The notes under the pieces: generated by a model
What the model saw: the letters and a program-made list of their open reading frames with translations, nothing else
Database searches by the model: none
What the model was told of the DNA's origin: nothing
Program-made: the position numbers and the translations under genes
Assembly: GCA_002269645.1 (NCBI GenBank)
Contig: NIVC01002705.1
Span: forward strand, 1-64,000
Source of the DNA: Macrostomum lignano
Lineage: Eukaryota
Length of the DNA stretch: 64,000 nt
Reading direction: 5' to 3'
Shown here: positions 25,501 to 38,116 of the stretch, piece after piece
How positions within the stretch are numbered: the first letter of the stretch is position 1
Layout: each line of letters opens with the position of its first letter

Positions 25501-25825
25501 GCTGGTGAACCTCTCAGAGAGGGGGAAGATGTTGTGTCTTGATTTATTATTTAAGTACTTGTCACTGAGACTACATAAAGCTTGGCGGGCAAATCTCCAC
25601 GGGCAAATCTCCTGTGGGCAAATCTCGGCAGGCAATTCGTCTGCGGGCATTTCTCATGGACCCCGACTCCGCAAAGTTCACGCCGATCTTTTCAAGCTGC
25701 AACGGGCTGGAGCCAACAAACTGGCCCTGACAGTCCAGGCCGTGCTCGTCGGCCAGGCTCTCCCAGTACTTGAGCCCGACGCAGACGCCGCACTGACCAA
25801 TGTGGATGGTGATAATCTCCTGCAT
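22556..25825 (-). pseudogene. Disrupted copy of the divergent beta-tubulin-like gene
   Basis: N-terminus MQEIITIHIGQCG...VNFAES at 25825-25664; then 2970 bp of foreign DNA replaces 503 bp; then MMLGLTACVRFPGQLN...ALVPLP at 22693-22601; then a 783-bp deletion relative to the copy at 38117-39701; then the last codons and stop (22556-22558). Confidence 0.88.
22694..25583 (+). mobile_element. Ty3/gypsy LTR retrotransposon, 5'-truncated decayed pol with polypurine tract and start of the 3' LTR
   Basis: RT (KKDGNIRICID, FSKIDLKAGY, FGLASAPAAFQ, HILDD), RNase H (TSDAS...LSQ, ERPIAFAAR, ELRTDH), integrase (HTGHPG..C..C, IDIVG, TDNGPQF, NGQTERLNRTL) in RT-RH-IN order over several frameshifts. PPT agagagggggaaga at 25516-25529 followed by TG at 25530. 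Confidence 0.93.
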
Positions 25826-28049
25826 GCAGGCTTTGGTTAAGCTGTCAGTGTTACCTAAGTCAGTAGTCTAGCGGTACAGTGAGGCCTTGAGCGAGCTTGG
25901 TTGATCGATGCACTGCTGCTGCCCACTTAGCCTGGCTGACTGAATAAGCCTGGCCAAGCCAAGCATGATGATTTGAACCACGATGAGGCCCCTAGCGCTT
26001 ATGAATATATTTTTCATAAAAGTGAAGAAAGAGTAAAAAACTTGGCTGTTTTTTATGTATGCAATAATTATAAACCTGCACGAAAGGACAATCAGATGCG
26101 ATCAAAGTTTTGTTGAAAAGAATACAAGCCTAATCTTGATAAAGCTGTTTTGATCATGTTGTGTCTAAAAGTCCGTCCAGTAGTATATGTGTGACAGTGT
26201 AATTCGTAGAAAGCATATGTATCGTATTTCGATTATCTCGCATGCACACCGTACCACTTGTATTCTTTCTTTCATTGTAACAACAATCTATACGTATTAT
26301 TATTGCGCTTACGTTACTGTTGAATACTTTGTTTTTGTAGCCTCGTATGTATTTATTTCATTAATTGTATTTCATGCATTGTGTATTATTTCTCGTAAAG
26401 TAGTTCCATGCATCTATGTACATGTATTGACGTTATGGTATTCTGGCACGATACTCTTATTTTATCGATTAATTTGTACATGTACATTGCGCCTGAGGGG
26501 GGTTTGTCTGAGGGGGTTTGTCTGAGGGGGGTATAAAATAAACAAGTTTGGATTAAGCTTGTTATCTTTGTTTACTCACCAATTACAAACATACACTTGC
26601 AGTCAGCGGCCGCTCTCTCCCTTCGCTTCTTCGCTTCGCTTCTCGCTCAAGCTTGCGGGCCCCTTAGCTGTCTGGCCTCCTTGCCATCAACTCTTCCGCC
26701 GCCTACCTCGGCCCACCAATTAATTCATAAACTGATTCCGATCTTTGCAATTGCAATTTGCAATTTGCAAGGCCTAACAATTCAAAGTAACGCTAAGGGT
26801 GAAAGCGGCTTGCCGATCTGCTAAAACTAAATCGAGAACTATCCAATTAACCGCTACACAAAACCGTCTTCCCGCCTTATGTCGTCACGTATGGATGAAT
26901 TTGTCGTCACGTATGGATGAATATGTCGTCATTATGTCGTCAAATATGCATTTTTATTATCTAGTGGCAACAGGATTTTTTTATGAGCATTAACATTAGT
27001 ACTAGTTAAAACAAAAGTACGAGTTTTTAATAACAAAATCACAATATCGATAAAGTTCAACGGCAAAACGAGACAAAGGAAAATATTTTACTTTTCTTCA
27101 AACCATCTCTCAGACTTTTAAAACTCATGACAACAAGTAACCATGAAGATTTACTATTTTGAAATCAAAGTAAAGTCGTTAGGGTTGACCAACAAAGTCT
27201 CTCAAATTTGTAGCTTGTATTTTTTCCTAATTCCTTATTTTTCAAATACCCTCGATGTAAATACATTAAAAGTTTGTCTTCAATTGATCTTAGTCGGTTT
27301 TCCTTATATTTTTACTAAAACAGTTTATCTATACACATATTATTATACACATATTATATTATTGTCATCATTCTAAGAACCAGAATTAATTTTGACTTTA
27401 AAGTTACAAATCAAAAATTTTGCTCAGAAATGTTATTTCCTCAGTCGAATATACGAAGCACGAATCTAAATATTTGTTGTACCAAAAAAATTCACTAAAA
27501 TTATATTGTGTCTACAACAAAGGACTCCAAAACCAATATTTTATGATTAGCAATTTAAAGCAAATAAAAAAATCAAAATTGTCTTTTAACTTGCATAGAT
27601 ATGTGCTTTGTAAAATCAAATTGTAATATAATAAGTAGATAATACAAAAATTATATTATTAGCAAAATTTTCAATTTTACTATGAGCTAATAGTAAAATA
27701 TAAGACATGAATTTTTAAATGACTTCCTTTGAGCTACGAGAAAGATAAATAAATCTAGCTAATCCACAATAAATTTATTTAATCTAGATAATTAATCTAG
27801 TTAACTAAAATTTTCATACAGGATTTTGGTAGGTATTTAATGAATCGAATTTAGCAGCCATTATAAGTAACAAAAATTGGAACTGTCCAATCAACTCATG
27901 AATCTAATAGAAAATACATTTTTAAGACTTTTAAAATAAGAACCATATGAAATGAACCTTGATGGAAAACACAGATTTGAGGACCATTTTACCATTTCTT
28001 TGAGATTCCTCTCTTTTATCGCCTAGTATCCAACATCCCATTTACTAAA

Positions 28050-31000
28050 ATGGTCAAAACTAAGCAGGTGCTTTTCACAATGAAAACAAGAAAATACTAG
28101 AAAATCAATAACAGCTACTAAACCTGTTCCAGAATTCACGAGAGCCCTCCGATGTGGGAGGGGCCAAACGGATCGGCTCAGCTCACAGCCGCCACTCGCG
28201 GCCAGTGCGGTCAGCCAAGCGGCCAGCTCTGCTAAAACGGCTGAACAAATACTCGGAGTTTATAGGAGCGCTCACCGAGTTTGACCCATTAGCAGTCTAC
28301 CTAAAAGTCATGAAAGGCCGTCTGGACGACCTGCCGATCATGAACAGCCGCGTCGTGCGCATCTTCCTGTCGTCCACCTTCTCGGACATGGGAACGGAGC
28401 GCAACTACCTCATGCAGCACGTCAATCCAAGGCTGAAAAAGTTCTGCCGTGACTCCTTCGGACTCGAGTTTCAAACCATCGACATGCGATGGGGAGTCGG
28501 TGACGAGGTACAGCTCGACCACCAGGGTCCGTACATGTGCTACCAAGAGATCGACAACTCGCTCATCATGTCAGCCGGCCCCTACTTCATCTGTCTGCTG
28601 GGTCAGCGCTATGGCAACCAGACGCCTGCAGCCCTTGTCGAGGTCGACGTTTTCAACAACATCGTGGAAGCATTGAAGGAGGACGGACGCGACGTCTCGT
28701 GTCTACACGAGTGGTACACGATCGACGAGAACAACAAGCCACCAATCTGCGTGCTGAGACCTATTGCAACTCTAGCAGAGGCAGTAAGTGTGGTTTTTAA
28801 CGATTAATGCAGCGCTTGTTTTTCAGAGTTTGCAACAGGATAAATTTAATAACCTCAAATTTCGTAATTCATTGTTCCAGGCGGACAAGGAGCTCTTGAA
28901 AGCTGCTCGACAGCGGTGGGAAGCTGTCCAAGACTCCATCATCGGACTCATGAAGAGAGGTGCCGAGTTGTGTCTTCAAAAGACTTTGATCTCGCACGCG
29001 ACAATGAAGAAGTTCACGGCCTCTGTCACCGAGATGGAGGTGATCAGCGGAATATTGTCAAAACCTCCGCAAAAGTTGGCTCAGGCTCTCGCATTCGTGA
29101 GAGAATTCTCTGATCTGGAGTCTCAGCGCGACTTCTCTCGAGGAAAGATGTTCAAGTTCATTGACCTGACCGACTCTGTGAACGAAGATGGCGAGGCAGT
29201 AAAGGTTCTTGATGAAGCTGTGAACGCGATGGTCAAGGAGTTGAACAGACACGTTCTGACTCGAATGGCGGGATCCAATTCCTTCACTTACTCACTAAAA
29301 TGGACCAATGACGCTGAGGGTGTGGGCATGAGTAGCCACAAAGACTATCTGGAAAAGTTTGGCCGCGACTACTGCGATAATTTGAAGCGCCTCGTGGCCG
29401 AATCCGTGCGGGAGAGCATGCGACTCCGATCCGATGACCTCTACTTAGAGGTGCTGCAGCACTCGACTGCATGCGTCAACAACGTGAAGAAGTTCCAGGG
29501 TCGGCAAGAGATCATCGACAAGGTGAAGGCTTATGTGCAAGCGAGCAACACAACGGAGCCTCTGGTGGTGTACGGCGACTCGGGCAGCGGCAAGACCTCT
29601 CTTCTTGGCAAGGCCGCCAGTCTGGTGCGAAGCTGGTTGCCAGAGTCCGATTCCAAAGATGCCATCGTGCTGTTGCGATTCCTCGGCACCAGTCCCGGTA
29701 CGTCGAGCATTCGACAGACACTCAAGTACCTGTGCCGTCAGCTCGCTGTGTTCGGCAACGAGGACGACCAGGAAAAGTGCGAGTCACTCGACGACTTCAA
29801 GGAGATCTTGAACACCTTCTACTCCATGCTCGAACGCATGGGCCAGTTCAGGAGAATCTTGGTGTTCCTTGACAGTGTTGATCAGTGGACAGCTCTGACG
29901 GTGCCTACCATCTGACGTGGGTGCGGACGCCATTGCCTGCCAACGTGAAGATGGTTGTGTCCACTCTGCCCAACATGTTCGACTTGCTGAAGACATTCAA
30001 AGGGAAGCTGCCGAACCCAGACTTCTACGTGGAGGTGACGCCACTGGAGACCAGTCTGTGCACCAGCATTTTGTCGGCTCTGCTCAGCGAACAAGGTCGC
30101 ACTCTGAACGAGCAGCAATGGGCTCTGGTTGAGCAGGCATTCTCCAAGTGCTCACTGCCAATCTATGTTCACCTGCTGTACCACGAGGTTCTGAGATGGC
30201 GCTCTTACCAACAGGTAGATGAGTCGTCTCTGCGCTACACCGTTCGTCAGGCAATATTTCAGCTGTTCGAGAAACTCGAGTTGAAGCACGGCAGGCTTTT
30301 TGTAAGTACTTCGTTCGTGTTAGTTACTGTAGCCCAGGCTAGTGAGAATATTCCACAACTATCCACTTATCTACAGTGATTGGATTATTCTAGTCAGAAT
30401 GACTCTCTCTGCTCATTTGTTTTTCCAGACCTCTCACGCCTTGGCATTCATCACTGCATCGAGAAACGGACTGTCAGAGTCGGAGCTGGAGGATCTGCTC
30501 AGTCTGGATGACGCCGTCCTCATTGACGTGTTTCAGCATCACCTGCCGCCCTTCATCCGCATCCCGCCGATCTGCTGGGCTCGACTGCGTCACGACATTG
30601 GCTCTTACCTGGTCGAGAGAGAGGCGGACAACATCCGGGTTGTGTTCTGGTACCACCGACAGTTCATCGAGGTGGCTCAGGAGTACTTCTTGTCGGACGA
30701 AAAGACCAGACGGGACATTCACTCCATCATGGCAGACTACTTCTTGGGTCTGTGGAGCGGCAGGAGAAAGAAGTTCGTGTACCCAGCCTATCTGCGCAAG
30801 AAGCTCGTAAGTGATGAGCGCTGCAGTTGATTTGTTCTTTGAACCGCCTTCAATGCGTTCTCACTGCTCCCCTCCAGAACCTGCCCGAGTTCTCAATGGA
30901 GGACCGAGCCGTTCCCGAGCAGCCATTCGTGCTCCGCAAAGATGAGGACGGCACTGCTCAGTACAACCTGCGAAAGCTGAACGAGCTGCCGTGGCACCTC

Positions 31001-34000
31001 ATCAAGTCCGGTCGAGTGAACGAGTTCTACGACTACATTGTGTTTGACTACGACTTCATGTTCAACAAGCTGAAGGGCACGTCTCGGTACCTGCTGCTAG
31101 AGACCTCGACCTCCCGCAGAAGCTCGGTGTCGAGTACATCAAAGAGGCCGAGCTCGTGTACAATGCAATCCGACTCTCCGCTCAGAGTCTCGTATACGAC
31201 CCTGTCAATCTGAGCGTTGATCTCATCGGTCGGCTCATCATGTACGAGAAGGACTGTCCTCGAGTGAAGCTGCTGCTCAACCAGTGTCGCCAGTCGAAAC
31301 AGGCTCTCAGCAACTGCTGCCTCATCCCGAAGGTGCAGTGCTTCGACTCCGGGTCTGGAGTTCTCTACTCCAGCTTTGATCTCGGACTCGGAATGGGACT
31401 GGTCATGCCCAACGGTCAGCTGGTGTCCTTCTCACTCATCAACAACGAAGTCACCTGGTACGACATCGAGGGAAATGAGATCAAACGGTTCAGCTCCGAC
31501 TACAACCTGTTCCTCAGCATGAAGTACATGTCGACTGGATACATCCCAGACGACTGCGTAATGCACGTGCTATCGATGCGCTCGAAGAATGCCGGTGTCA
31601 CCGAGGACGACAGACAAGCGCTTGTCCTTAACATGGGTCGGAAGAAGATCCAAGAGGAGATCGAAGAATACGAAGCGTGCAACAAGGATGTGCCGCAAGA
31701 GCTGCGAGACATGATGGAATCGCTCAACGCTGGAGAGATTCCAGACAGCATCATGGAGAAGCTGGACGTAGACGGGATGATGAAGAAGATGATGTCTGGA
31801 GATGAAGAGGCGCAGAAGTCGCAAGATCTCGTTCGAGTCGACTTCATGAACGGCAGGGTGACGAAACTGATGACTCTGGACCCATCATGGAGTGTGTCAT
31901 CTGATGACGTAGAATATGTGACAAAGGACTATGTGCTTTGTTGCAAGGGAAATAGTGACTCAACGGGAACAAGCACTCTTAGACTGCTGTCACTCGGAGA
32001 GAAGAAGTTTGTTGCGCTTTATGAAGAAAATACAAGCGGAACGTCAAGAATCGGCACCCAAAACCTCGATAGCAAAAACAACTTGCTGTGCTTTGGGATC
32101 GAGGCAGGCAGCAACCACTCAACATTGCTCGTGTTCATGAACTTAAACACGAAAGAGATCGTTCGAGGTTCTTTGCCTGACATCTTCAAGTCAGCTGACA
32201 AAGCGGAACTTGAGTCCATGTGGCGGTACTCACCACTAAAGCAACCTGACAATAAGAAAGTAGAAAAGACACCGGATGAAAATTGTGAGAAGACAGAAGC
32301 GGACGAAAGTCCGGCAGCGAGTGAAGCCGACTTGAAATCGAAGGCCATCGAGTACTTCAGCAAGCTGAGAAGTTTCTGCTAGCTCCTGTCTCATTGATCA
32401 TGAGGGAAACATCGTTGCTATTGTAAACGCAACAAAATCAGCTGTAGAAGGGAGGGCAGAACAACTCAATACTTTCTTCGTTACATTCTCCATCTCTCAA
32501 AGCCTCAAGCCCATTTGTATTGTGGACCTTCAGGAAAGCTTCGATATAAAGTACAGTAAAAATTTCGTAAGCCCAAGTCGTCGTCGAATGACTTTCCTTC
32601 TGAAGAGAAAGTCCAGATTATACGGTCAAATAAGCGTTCTTCGTGGTCTGCTGTACGACTGTGACGAAAAGCGCGCTGTTGGAATGACAATATCACCTGA
32701 GCAAGACAAGTTCAAAAAAGCTGTTTCAAATTTTGGTAATGGAACGCAGGCTAAATTTACCGAAGACGAGCGATTGCTAGTTACGTCTGGTTCTAAGGTG
32801 CTTCTACTTGTGTGGTCCGTGCAAACTGGCGAACTTTTGGAAGGAATCTCCCTGGGAACGGCCGAAAGCTTTCTTTGTGGCCAGCCGAAAGGCACGGACT
32901 TCTTCACTATCTGTCATTTTCCTGACGAGTCGGCTGGCGACTCTGACGAGCAAATGTTCATCATGACTAAGGTGTACAATCTGAAACACTTCACCGACAA
33001 GCTTAGTCACCACAGCGAAGAGGATGCACTGCTCCCCATGTATACTCAGGTCAAGCCGTGTAAGAATGCGACAGGACTCACCGATTGTCACACGGTGGAC
33101 ATTCGCACTAATGAGGCTCTGATTTCATTGAACACTCGGACACTGGTGGTTAAGAAGTCCTCTTCACGCGACTCGAAAGAAGACGATCAGGTAGAGACGC
33201 TCAGGCTGTCGGATAAACCTCCCATTATTGAGCTTCGCCGCGATCCGAAAGCTCCTTTTTCTGTTGGCATCTCAGTGATCAGCAACCAGCTGGTAGAAAA
33301 AGTTTTTGGTAGCACATCAAAGGAGGAACTCCTTCGAAGTCGTAAGTCCAAATCAGTTGGAGGGGTCGAGTTCAAATTTCACGTTGACGCAGAAAACGAA
33401 TCAAGTGACAAAGAAATGGAACTACAGGCTTCACTGTGTATCTCAAAGAACAACATCTTCGCCCAGACTCCGATTTCGCATGGATCAAATCTCTAGAATT
33501 AGGATTTCTTGATGAATCTCGACAGTGCTTAATTTTACTTAAGTGCCACGTTCAGTACAGCTTCAAAGAGAGTTTTGTCTCACTTGTCCATCTCCCCACA
33601 ATGGAGAGCGTGGTATTCAAGTTTACGAAAAATAATCATCTAGACAGCGGCGATGATAGCTCAGACCGACTCTCACAAGATTTTATCGAGCGGTTTTCAG
33701 AGGTCATCCATGGCGGTGAACAAGAGCTGACGGAAGCGGCTAAGAAAGCGAAGGAAGAAAAGTTTCTAAAAAAGCGATTGAATAATCGCAATGACCTTGT
33801 CGACATTCAGTTCCTGCCAGAGAAGTGCACGCTCAACCTGGCCTTCAGCCAACACCTCAAAGCGTCCGAGGAGATTCGCGTCGGCGTCGGAGTTCCTCCG
33901 ATTTGGCTCGGCGCGGTTGTGCGCCTCGACTACAGCGACGTGGAGAAAGGAAATCCGACCAGAGAGATGCAGTTCCAGCACTCCATCGGCAAAGTGTTCG

Positions 34001-36226
34001 ACATGGGACCCGCAGTGGCCTTCCTCCACGACAACCAGCACCTGGTCAACTACAAGCTTCAGATTGTGGACTACATGAAAGGCGAAGTGATCCGCTGTCT
34101 CAGTCAGGACGAGGACTTGTACTTTGTCAGACTACAAGCCACGCCAGACTGCAGCCTGCTTGTTGGCCAGGTGTACTTTCCCGCCTACGAGGTGGAGTTC
34201 GCCGTATTCGATGACGAATCCATGAACAGTTCGGACCTGTTCGCAATTGTTCCACCTCGAGGCTTGCAGGTAAGATTAGCAACGATTGTTATTGGGAATG
34301 GCAAATCTTTTAATGCTTACGCTTATAAGAATCCGATCTAAGATGCCTTTTCTCAATGACTGCGTTTAATTTCTGCACTCCAGGTCTATGTAATCAGTGA
34401 TGGACGCCGCGTTGCAAACTACCTGTTTGAGTCGGATCCTTTCGGACTCTGCTTGGTTGGGGAAGATGGTCGGGACCTGCTGGTGCTGACGCATAACGCA
34501 CCAATCATGCTGTTTGAGCTTCACGACCCGCAACCGCTAGTTGCTGCTGATGGAGCTGCCCAGATGCACTCGATGAAGGCGATTGATGAAAAGGCGAATA
34601 CAGACTCGAGTGTCGGTTCGCCGGCGAAAGCACCTGGTCCAAGACCGGAATACCTGGACATGCTGAGTGAGATTCAAGGGGTTGTTGATTACATCTTAAT
34701 ACGTGGTAGTTAATAAGCGTTATTGCCCTAGATGTATTCCGGAAGGCTTAATTGAAGTTGGGACTCTTCGCTGAGGGAAATTACTGATTTTATTTTAATA
34801 TTTCATCCCAGTGGGATTTTCAGAATCCTCAGTATTGTGTCTAGTTTCGTTTGGGCCACAAACGATTGCGTCGACGGAAATTGTGAACTAAGTAAATTTT
34901 TGCGCGCCTTTCAGGCATCGAAACAGGAATACAACAGATTGCTTATCTGCGAATAGTCTATGGTCAAGCCGCCCCCCATCTTTGGATATTCCCAACGGGT
35001 TATATTTGGATATACCCATTTGCAGAAAAGCAATCTGTATATTCCTGTATCAATGCGTTTGTGAGGATATTTTTTATTCAATACAACAATTAAAGCTGAA
35101 TAAACAGATTGTATACATGTACGAAAACGGCCGTAACGTGGGCATAATGAAACGTGGACCAATTGTTCCGCAATAATCGATGAGTAGAGCTAGAATCGAC
35201 AATAATTACACTCACATCAGCCGAATTGCATGGTTTGTTCCGCATGGGATCCTCGGGGCAAGCCTCTTCTTTGCTTGGCAGTGGTGGCAGAGCATCATCG
35301 TTACCGCATTCAATGAATAGGATGAACTCTATCAACTCTTCGTCATCCGCCTCGTCACGTTCACCCATACTCAAGTCGCTGAGAAAGTTGACCTCATTTC
35401 CATTCAAGCCGTCAATGCTTTCAATCGGCAAATTCGACCAATTTATCATTCGTATGAGTGGCATGAATAGAGGTTAGGGCAAACAGAAGAAACAGGAACA
35501 TGTATCCTCTGCTGCAGAGTTCCAGCTTATAAGACCACAACTTCATTTAACATGTTTCGTCTATGGTAATTTCAGACTGTTCCGCTTAACTTTTCGTTCC
35601 AGACGATTAGTCTATGGCCATTATCTGGCTTGCGCCAAGTGGAAAATGCCTATGACACAAATCCCTAGAATCACTCAGTGAACAATTCCCGTCTGGGAAG
35701 TTGTGTCCTAGCCATTTTGAATTGGTTTTTGGACGAAACTAGACACAATTCCACTATCGAGAGTTCACGATTCACACACAACTGCCTTACCGCGTCTCGG
35801 CCTACCGGCCTCGACGCTATGGCAGTTGTGTGTGAATCGTGACCTCTTGATAATCATACATTGTGCCTTCAGATTCCTTCATTCCTTCCCAGAGAGTGGT
35901 GTCTTCAGGGTCCTTCCCACATTGGTGTCCCCAAAGTCCTTCCCACAGTGGTGTCTTCTGGGTCCTTCTCCCAGAGTATTGTCTTCAGAGTCCTGCTCAG
36001 AAGGCGGTGTTTCCAGCCTCCTCAGAGAGCGGTGTCTTGAGAGTCTTTACCCTATGGAACACGTTGAGCACTACAAAATTCCCCCCATTTTCTCATTCCA
36101 GAGCCAGCACTGGCCAGCTCAATGGCCGAGGTAGCGAACGCGAGGCCCGTGGACCCGATCGAGTTCCTGGCGCAGTGTCTGCTGCGCTGCAAGGCGCAGT
36201 GCGACAGCCAGCAGCCAGATATCTGA
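28050..36226 (+). CDS. NWD-type STAND NTPase copy 2; exons 28050-28067, 28133-28783, 28881-30301, 30429-30806, 30878-34269, 34384-34666, 36102-36226; several single-base frameshifts
   Basis: Near-identical to copy 1 over most exons and introns, with a candidate MVKTKQ micro-exon upstream. One-base losses near 29886, 31099, 32353-32368 and 33491 break the frame (error or pseudogenisation). Confidence 0.8.
34834..35860. mobile_element. ~1-kb insertion specific to unit 2, with a 17-bp inverted repeat and a 3' hairpin (non-autonomous DNA element)
   Basis: Absent from the matching site in unit 1 (19681 aattgtgccttcag). attgtgtctagtttcgt (34834-34850) is the reverse complement of acgaaactagacacaat (35733-35749). 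Stem-loop at ~35762-35846; attgtg occurs at both junctions. Confidence 0.65.
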
Positions 36227-37031
36227 AGCTGAATTTCCTTGATGTGACTCGCTGTCTTGAAGCTTACTGACCGTGCGCCTTGCCTTATTAATTGCACTCT
36301 GGTTAAGTTGGTCAAGCTGTCATTTGATTAAATTCATTTGAAGAATTCACAGTACGCTAAAGAAGATTACAAATACGAGCTATGAATAGAAAAAAACTGC
36401 TTGACCTTCACTGGCCGCTTGCCCTTCAAATTACTTTCAATCGGAGTCGCTAATTTTACCTCTTTTTACTAAAAAGCACAAAAGAAATGCCCAGATATTT
36501 TTTCAGTCCATTTCTGTATCAAGCATTAAGGTGACATCACTGCGCCTATTTTTTGTGCTATTTTTATGGCCTAACCTTAGATTAGAGATTATTGAAACAA
36601 AATTCTCTACCTAGCAACCAATTCAGCAGATAGACTAAAGAAATTCTTACACGATTTTTATCGCATTTTTACTTTCAGCTATTACTGAATGAATCTTTTA
36701 TATACAAGTTTGTCTTTTTTAACAGTAAAATCAGAGTGATTAGTTTTTGATAGTTCAAGAATTCTTTGATTTGCGATAGTTTGATCACTGCTGGCACCCG
36801 ATCTGTCCTGTTTTATCTGTGCTTCCATTATCTACTCAAATTAATACAGTCAGAAAGACTGCCCTAATACAATTTTTTTAAAATAAAAGGTGATCCACTT
36901 TAGTTAACTGGCTTATACTTTCTTAATTTTATAAGAAATCAAATATTAACCTGACAATCACCAATCCTGAGAAACTGCTTGTTTGTCGTGTATACTAAGG
37001 TGTCATTCAGAATAATTTAACGTCCTAATAA

Positions 37032-37780
37032 CAGTTCCCAAACTGTTGGACATGTTCCAAAACTGTTGGACATGTTCCAAAACTGTTGGACATGTTCCCA
37101 AACTGTTAGACATGTTCCCAAACTGTTAGACATGTTCCCAAACTGTTAGACATGTTCCCAAACTGTTAGACATGTTCCCAAACTGTTAGACATGTTCCCA
37201 AACTGTTAGACATGTTCCCAAACTGTTAGACATGTTCCCAAACTGTTGGACATGTTCCCAAACTGTTGGACATGTTCCCAAACTTTTGAAGATATCCCCA
37301 AATTGTTGTAAATGTTCGCCAGCTGTTAGACATGTTCCCAAACTGTTAGACATGTTCCTAAACTGTTAGACATGTTCCTGAACTGTTGTACGTGTTCCCA
37401 AACTGTTAGACATGTCCCCAAACTGTTAGACATGCTCTCCAACTGTTGGACATGTTCCCAAACTGCTGATAGACATGTTCCCAAACTGTTAGACATGTTC
37501 CCAAACTGTTAGACATGTTCCCAAACTGTTAGACATGTTCCCAAACTGTTGGACATGTTCCCAAACTTTTGAAGATATCCCCAAATTGTTGTAAATGTTC
37601 GCCAGCTGTTAGACATGTTCCCAAACTGTTAGACATGTTCCTAAACTGTTAGACATGTTCCTGAACTGTTGTACGTGTTCCCAAACTGTTAGACATGTCC
37701 CCAAACTGTTAGACATGCTCTCCAACTGTTGGACATGTTCCCAAACTGCTGTTAGACATGTTCCCAAACTGTTGGAAATG
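37032..37780. repeat. 20-bp minisatellite (catgttcccaaactgttaga/gga) with a ~285-bp higher-order duplication
   Basis: Tandem 20-mers; the variant block aacttttgaagatatccccaaattgttgtaaatgttcgcc occurs at ~37281 and ~37565. Confidence 0.95.
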
Positions 37781-38116
37781 TCCTCTCACTCATAAAGATG
37801 TCTTTGGTTCTGTTGATAGTTCTCCCCATTGGTAAAGATGCTCCTTAAGTGCCCATTGGACAAGTCATTAGACAAGTTCACGTTATTCAGCAGCTCTTTT
37901 CCTGGCAAGACCACCAGTATTGTCAAATAAAAGACTAAACGCGGAGAAAACAGTTTGAAAATTGAAAAAGAAACGAATGGAGCGTTTCGCTCTCTGCTTT
38001 GAGCCGTCTATTGTTTTACTCCAGATGACGCTTTGCATCCAAATTTACCCAACTCAGCCAGACTTTTTTAGTTTTCATACCCTGTTTTAAACAAAATTAT
38101 GCGCTGGGTGCGCGGC

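Larger units (their letters stand above)
11840..25964 (+). repeat. Tandem segmental duplication, unit 1 (NWD gene + 20-bp satellite + tubulin-like gene)
   Basis: Collinear with ~27085-39840, from gacaacaagtaaccatgaag (near 11890/27130) to tgaataagcctggccaagccaagc (near 25964/39840). The left boundary is approximate. Confidence 0.85.
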
